In this document: positions 61,257 to 64,000 of the stretch, in pieces
Layout of the letters: each line of letters opens with the position of its first letter
How positions within the stretch are numbered: position 1 is the first letter of the stretch
Assembly: GCA_050174015.1 (NCBI GenBank)
Contig: JBFXKG010000002.1
Location: forward strand, 64,001-128,000
From: Candidatus Krumholzibacteriia bacterium
GTDB lineage: Bacteria; Krumholzibacteriota; Krumholzibacteriia; LZORAL124-64-63
DNA: 64,000 nt
Reading direction: 5' to 3'
Notes under the pieces: generated by a model
Told to the model about the DNA's origin: nothing
Databases searched by the model: none
What the model saw: only the letters and a program-made list of their open reading frames with translations
Position numbers and translations under genes: made by a program

Positions 61257-62930
61257 TCAACCCCGATGGGGAGTTCCCGATTTTTGGGGGTACGCTTCCC
61301 CGGTTTGGAGCCGCGGATCATCCACCGCCCCGCCCACGGTGAAGTGGTACAGGCTCTGCCACCCGGTCCCCTTCAATCCCAGCCCGCCGTGCACCTCGTC
61401 GTCGAAGAAGCAGCCGATCCCGGTGCCGCGCAGCCCGGCGGCCTCGGCCTCGAGGTAGAGCATCTGGCCGATCATCCCCGTCTCCCGGAACAGCCGCGGG
61501 TAGAAGCCCGGGCCGAACTCGGCCAGCGCCGCGTCGAACCGGGCCAGCATCCCCAGGCTGAAGGCGCCGTCGGCGGCGATGTCCTGCCGGCAGCTGAGCA
61601 TCCGGGCGGCATCCCGCAGATCGCCGGTTGCGAGCCGGAACAGGGGCAGGTCCGGGGAGATGCCATCCGGCCTCGTCCAGGCGAAATCCTGCCGCATGAG
61701 ATTCCGCAGTCCGGCCTCGTGGTCCGGAGCGCGCGCCAGCAGGTACAGGCCGGGATCCAGGCCGTCCACGCGGTGGACGAACAGCACGAGGGAGACCTGC
61801 GCGGGCCAGGGCACGGCCGTGAACGGCAGGCGGCCGGGAAGCAAGCGGTCCAGCAGGCGGACGAAGTCATCCAGCGGCATGCCGGTTTCGCCGTCCATGG
61901 CCACGGCGCTGCGGCGCTGCCGGATCAGATTCCTGGCCGAATGGCCCCTTTCTGGCCCGTTTTCGGCAGTCCCGGCCCCCCGGGGGGCCGGCCAGGCGTG
62001 CCCCGGCCAAGTGCCGTTCAGACCGGTGCAGCCCGGCCAGGTGCTGGCGGCCGTGACCTCGTCGATGATGGGCCACGGGTGATGCTCCGGGCTCAGGACG
62101 TTCGGCTCGCCGGCCCAGGCGATCTGCGGCGGTGGATCCAGCGCCGGTTCGCCATGATCCCCGCCGTCCGGAAAAACCGCCAGCAGGCAGTCGGGATGCT
62201 CGGCCTCGGGCTCCGTCTGTAGGTCTGTACCCAGCACCCGGCCGATGGTTGCCGTGTCAACCATCTCCAGCAACCGCACCCGCCAACCCAGGCAGGCCGC
62301 GGCCAGGGCCACGGCCCCGGCGGCGTGTCCCGCGTCGTGCTGGCAGTAGCGGAACGCCCGTTCGCCGTACTTCCAGGCCTCGCGCCAGGGGATGGAGGTC
62401 AGGCCGACCAGGAAGGCGCCATCCGGCCAACCGGACGTCCACCGTGTCCAGTCCGCGGGGGCGATGATTCCCCGCTGCTCCAGCGCGAATTCCTTCACCG
62501 CGAAGTGCAGCACCCCGGCCTCGCCGGTCAGCCCGGCGACCGGTCCGGTCACGAGGTAGCCCTCGGTGGGATGCAGGTTGCCGCTGCTGGGATTGACCCG
62601 CAGGGCCCAGCGCGAGAGCACCTCGCCCTCCGGCCCGGTGACCTGTTTCCAGGCGGAGATGGCCAGGCTGTCGTACAGCAGCCGGGCGATGGAGGGGGCG
62701 TCCACGGGCGCGGGGGACGGCAGGCCGCGGAAGAGGCCATCCCAGGTGGGGCCCCCATGACCGGACGGGACGACCAGGGGCAACCGCGGGGCGCCCGCGA
62801 ACCGCCGGAACGGGTCGGGCTGGTTGGCCCAGTCCAGGTAACCCAAGGATCGAGCGGCGCGCCTGAAGTGGTGCTTGGTGGCCTCGTGGTATCGCTTGAC
62901 GGTGTCCAGGTCATCCCGGCGGTCGGTCAT
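61257..62930 (-). CDS. Two-domain SagB/ThcOx-family nitroreductase
   Basis: YHEATKH...LDWANQPDPFRRF, LRVNPSSGNLHPTEGY, REAWKYGERAFRYCQHDAGHA, GTGIGCFFDD. Confidence 0.85.
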   Translation of the reverse strand: MTDRRDDLDTVKRYHEATKHHFRRAARSLGYLDWANQPDPFRRFAGAPRLPLVVPSGHGGPTWDGLFRGLPSPAPVDAPSIARLLYDSLAISAWKQVTGPEGEVLSRWALRVNPSSGNLHPTEGYLVTGPVAGLTGEAGVLHFAVKEFALEQRGIIAPADWTRWTSGWPDGAFLVGLTSIPWREAWKYGERAFRYCQHDAGHAAGAVALAAACLGWRVRLLEMVDTATIGRVLGTDLQTEPEAEHPDCLLAVFPDGGDHGEPALDPPPQIAWAGEPNVLSPEHHPWPIIDEVTAASTWPGCTGLNGTWPGHAWPAPRGAGTAENGPERGHSARNLIRQRRSAVAMDGETGMPLDDFVRLLDRLLPGRLPFTAVPWPAQVSLVLFVHRVDGLDPGLYLLARAPDHEAGLRNLMRQDFAWTRPDGISPDLPLFRLATGDLRDAARMLSCRQDIAADGAFSLGMLARFDAALAEFGPGFYPRLFRETGMIGQMLYLEAEAAGLRGTGIGCFFDDEVHGGLGLKGTGWQSLYHFTVGGAVDDPRLQTGEAYPQKSGTPHRG

Positions 62931-63054
62931 CCTGCCTCCTGCTTGTCGATTTCAGGACATGATAACACCGCTTTGCAGAAACGCTTCCGGGGCCGGCGGC
63001 GCAATTCGTACCGTTTACGTATGAATTAACTCGTTATCTTGCAACGGTATAGCG

Positions 63055-63083
63055 TTGACCGGGGCCTTCGGCCGGTTTAGGTT
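63055..63083 (+). promoter_or_regulatory. Sigma70 promoter
   Basis: TTGACC-N17-TAGGTT upstream of an AGGAGG RBS and ATG 63114. Confidence 0.6.
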
Positions 63084-63113
63084 AGCCGGGTCCGAAAAAG
63101 GAGGAGATGACCC

Positions 63114-64000
63114 ATGAATTATCCGGTCTGGGAACTTCCCATGGGCGGCGGCGTCCTGATCGCCGTCGTCAGCATCCTGCACGTGTTCGTCTCCCATTTC
63201 GCGGTCGGCGGCGGCCTGTGGCTGGTCGTCACCGAGATGCGCGCCAACCGCAACCGCGACCTGGACCTCAGGGCCTTCGTCAAGCGCCACAGCCGTTTCT
63301 TCATGATGCTGACCCTGGTGTTCGGCGCCATCTCGGGGGTGGGCATCTGGACGACCATCGGCCTGGTCTCGCCCCACGGCACCTCGGCCCTGATCCACGG
63401 TTACGTCTGGGGCTGGGCCATGGAGTGGGTGTTCTTCTTCATCGAGATCGCTGCGGCCATCGTCTACTACTACGGCTGGGAGAAGCTCAACACGAACGTC
63501 CACGAAGCGATCGGCTGGATCTACTTCGGCGCGGCCTTCATTTCCCTGGTGATCATCAACGGCATCGTCACCTTCATGCTCACCCCGGGCGGATGGCTCG
63601 AGAACCATGACTTCTGGACTGGCTTCTTCAACCCGACCTACTGGCCATCGGCGGTGATCCGCACCTTCGCGGGCACCGCCATCGCCGGGATGTTCACGCT
63701 GCTGACGACCGCCAACCTTGCACGGGGAGATTTCCGGCGCCGGGTCACCCGCTGGAACGCCGGCTGGGCGTTCTTCTCCATGCCGGGCGTGATCGGCGGA
63801 GCGTTCTGGTACAGGTCGGCCATCGGCCTGTGGGATGCCAACCAGGCCCTGCTGGGCGCCATCCCCGTGCTGCCTGTGGTGGCCGGATACTTCAAGATCG
63901 GCCTGATCATCACGACCGCCCTGGCAGTCATCCCGCTGCTGGTGCCGCGGGTCTGGAACAGGGGTCTGGTCGCCGTCCTGCTGATCGTGGGGCTGATGAC
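63114..64000 (+). CDS. Cytochrome bd-type oxidase subunit I-like membrane protein (runs off the window end)
   Basis: Own translation: MNYPVWELPMGGGVLIAVVSILHVFVSHFAVGGG...GAISGVGIW...WAMEWVFFFIE...IINGIVTFMLTPG...FFNPTYWP. Absent from the ORF track, apparently because it has no stop in the window. Confidence 0.75.
   Translation, partial: MNYPVWELPMGGGVLIAVVSILHVFVSHFAVGGGLWLVVTEMRANRNRDLDLRAFVKRHSRFFMMLTLVFGAISGVGIWTTIGLVSPHGTSALIHGYVWGWAMEWVFFFIEIAAAIVYYYGWEKLNTNVHEAIGWIYFGAAFISLVIINGIVTFMLTPGGWLENHDFWTGFFNPTYWPSAVIRTFAGTAIAGMFTLLTTANLARGDFRRRVTRWNAGWAFFSMPGVIGGAFWYRSAIGLWDANQALLGAIPVLPVVAGYFKIGLIITTALAVIPLLVPRVWNRGLVAVLLIVGLM

Noticed and set aside
61257..62930. SagB-type gene as part of a RiPP (azole) cluster
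   Set aside because: No YcaO or precursor peptide is adjacent; stand-alone two-domain members are common.

Overview
High-GC bacterial chromosomal segment with about 45 protein-coding genes. I found no rRNA, tRNA, CRISPR array or transposase. FlgD-Ig/T9SS-like C-terminal domains, an Omp28/TlpA/DUF6029-like locus and a GldAFG-like ABC system suggest an FCB-group lineage such as Krumholzibacteriota/Latescibacterota (inference). Recognisable content: a GH13 enzyme, an AtuA-family protein, LemA, a phosphohexomutase, a Bacillus-type fadN-fadA-fadE operon with divergent FadR and two visible FadR boxes, qNOR with an Rrf2 regulator, methylmalonyl-CoA mutase mutAB plus meaB, photolyase, cysS, an ssnA-ygeY-ygeW-like purine-degradation cluster and a cytochrome bd-I-like gene cut by the window end. 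Most notable: (1) four unrelated signal-peptide proteins end in the same exact-length 16-residue tail, V-x5-[ST]-[WF]-G-[SA]-[LIV]-K-[SA]-[LT]-[FY]-[RH]-COOH. This is a candidate C-terminal sorting signal that co-exists with FlgD-Ig CTDs, and one tagged gene is followed by an orphan FlgD-CTD fragment. (2) A CRISPR-independent module of an exported TPR-CHAT caspase-like protease, an ECF sigma and a membrane zf-HC2/TPR anti-sigma. (3) A CysRS with an extra Zn-ribbon insertion. (4) A ThrC-like PLP enzyme where YgeX would be expected. All family names are from motif recognition, not database searches.
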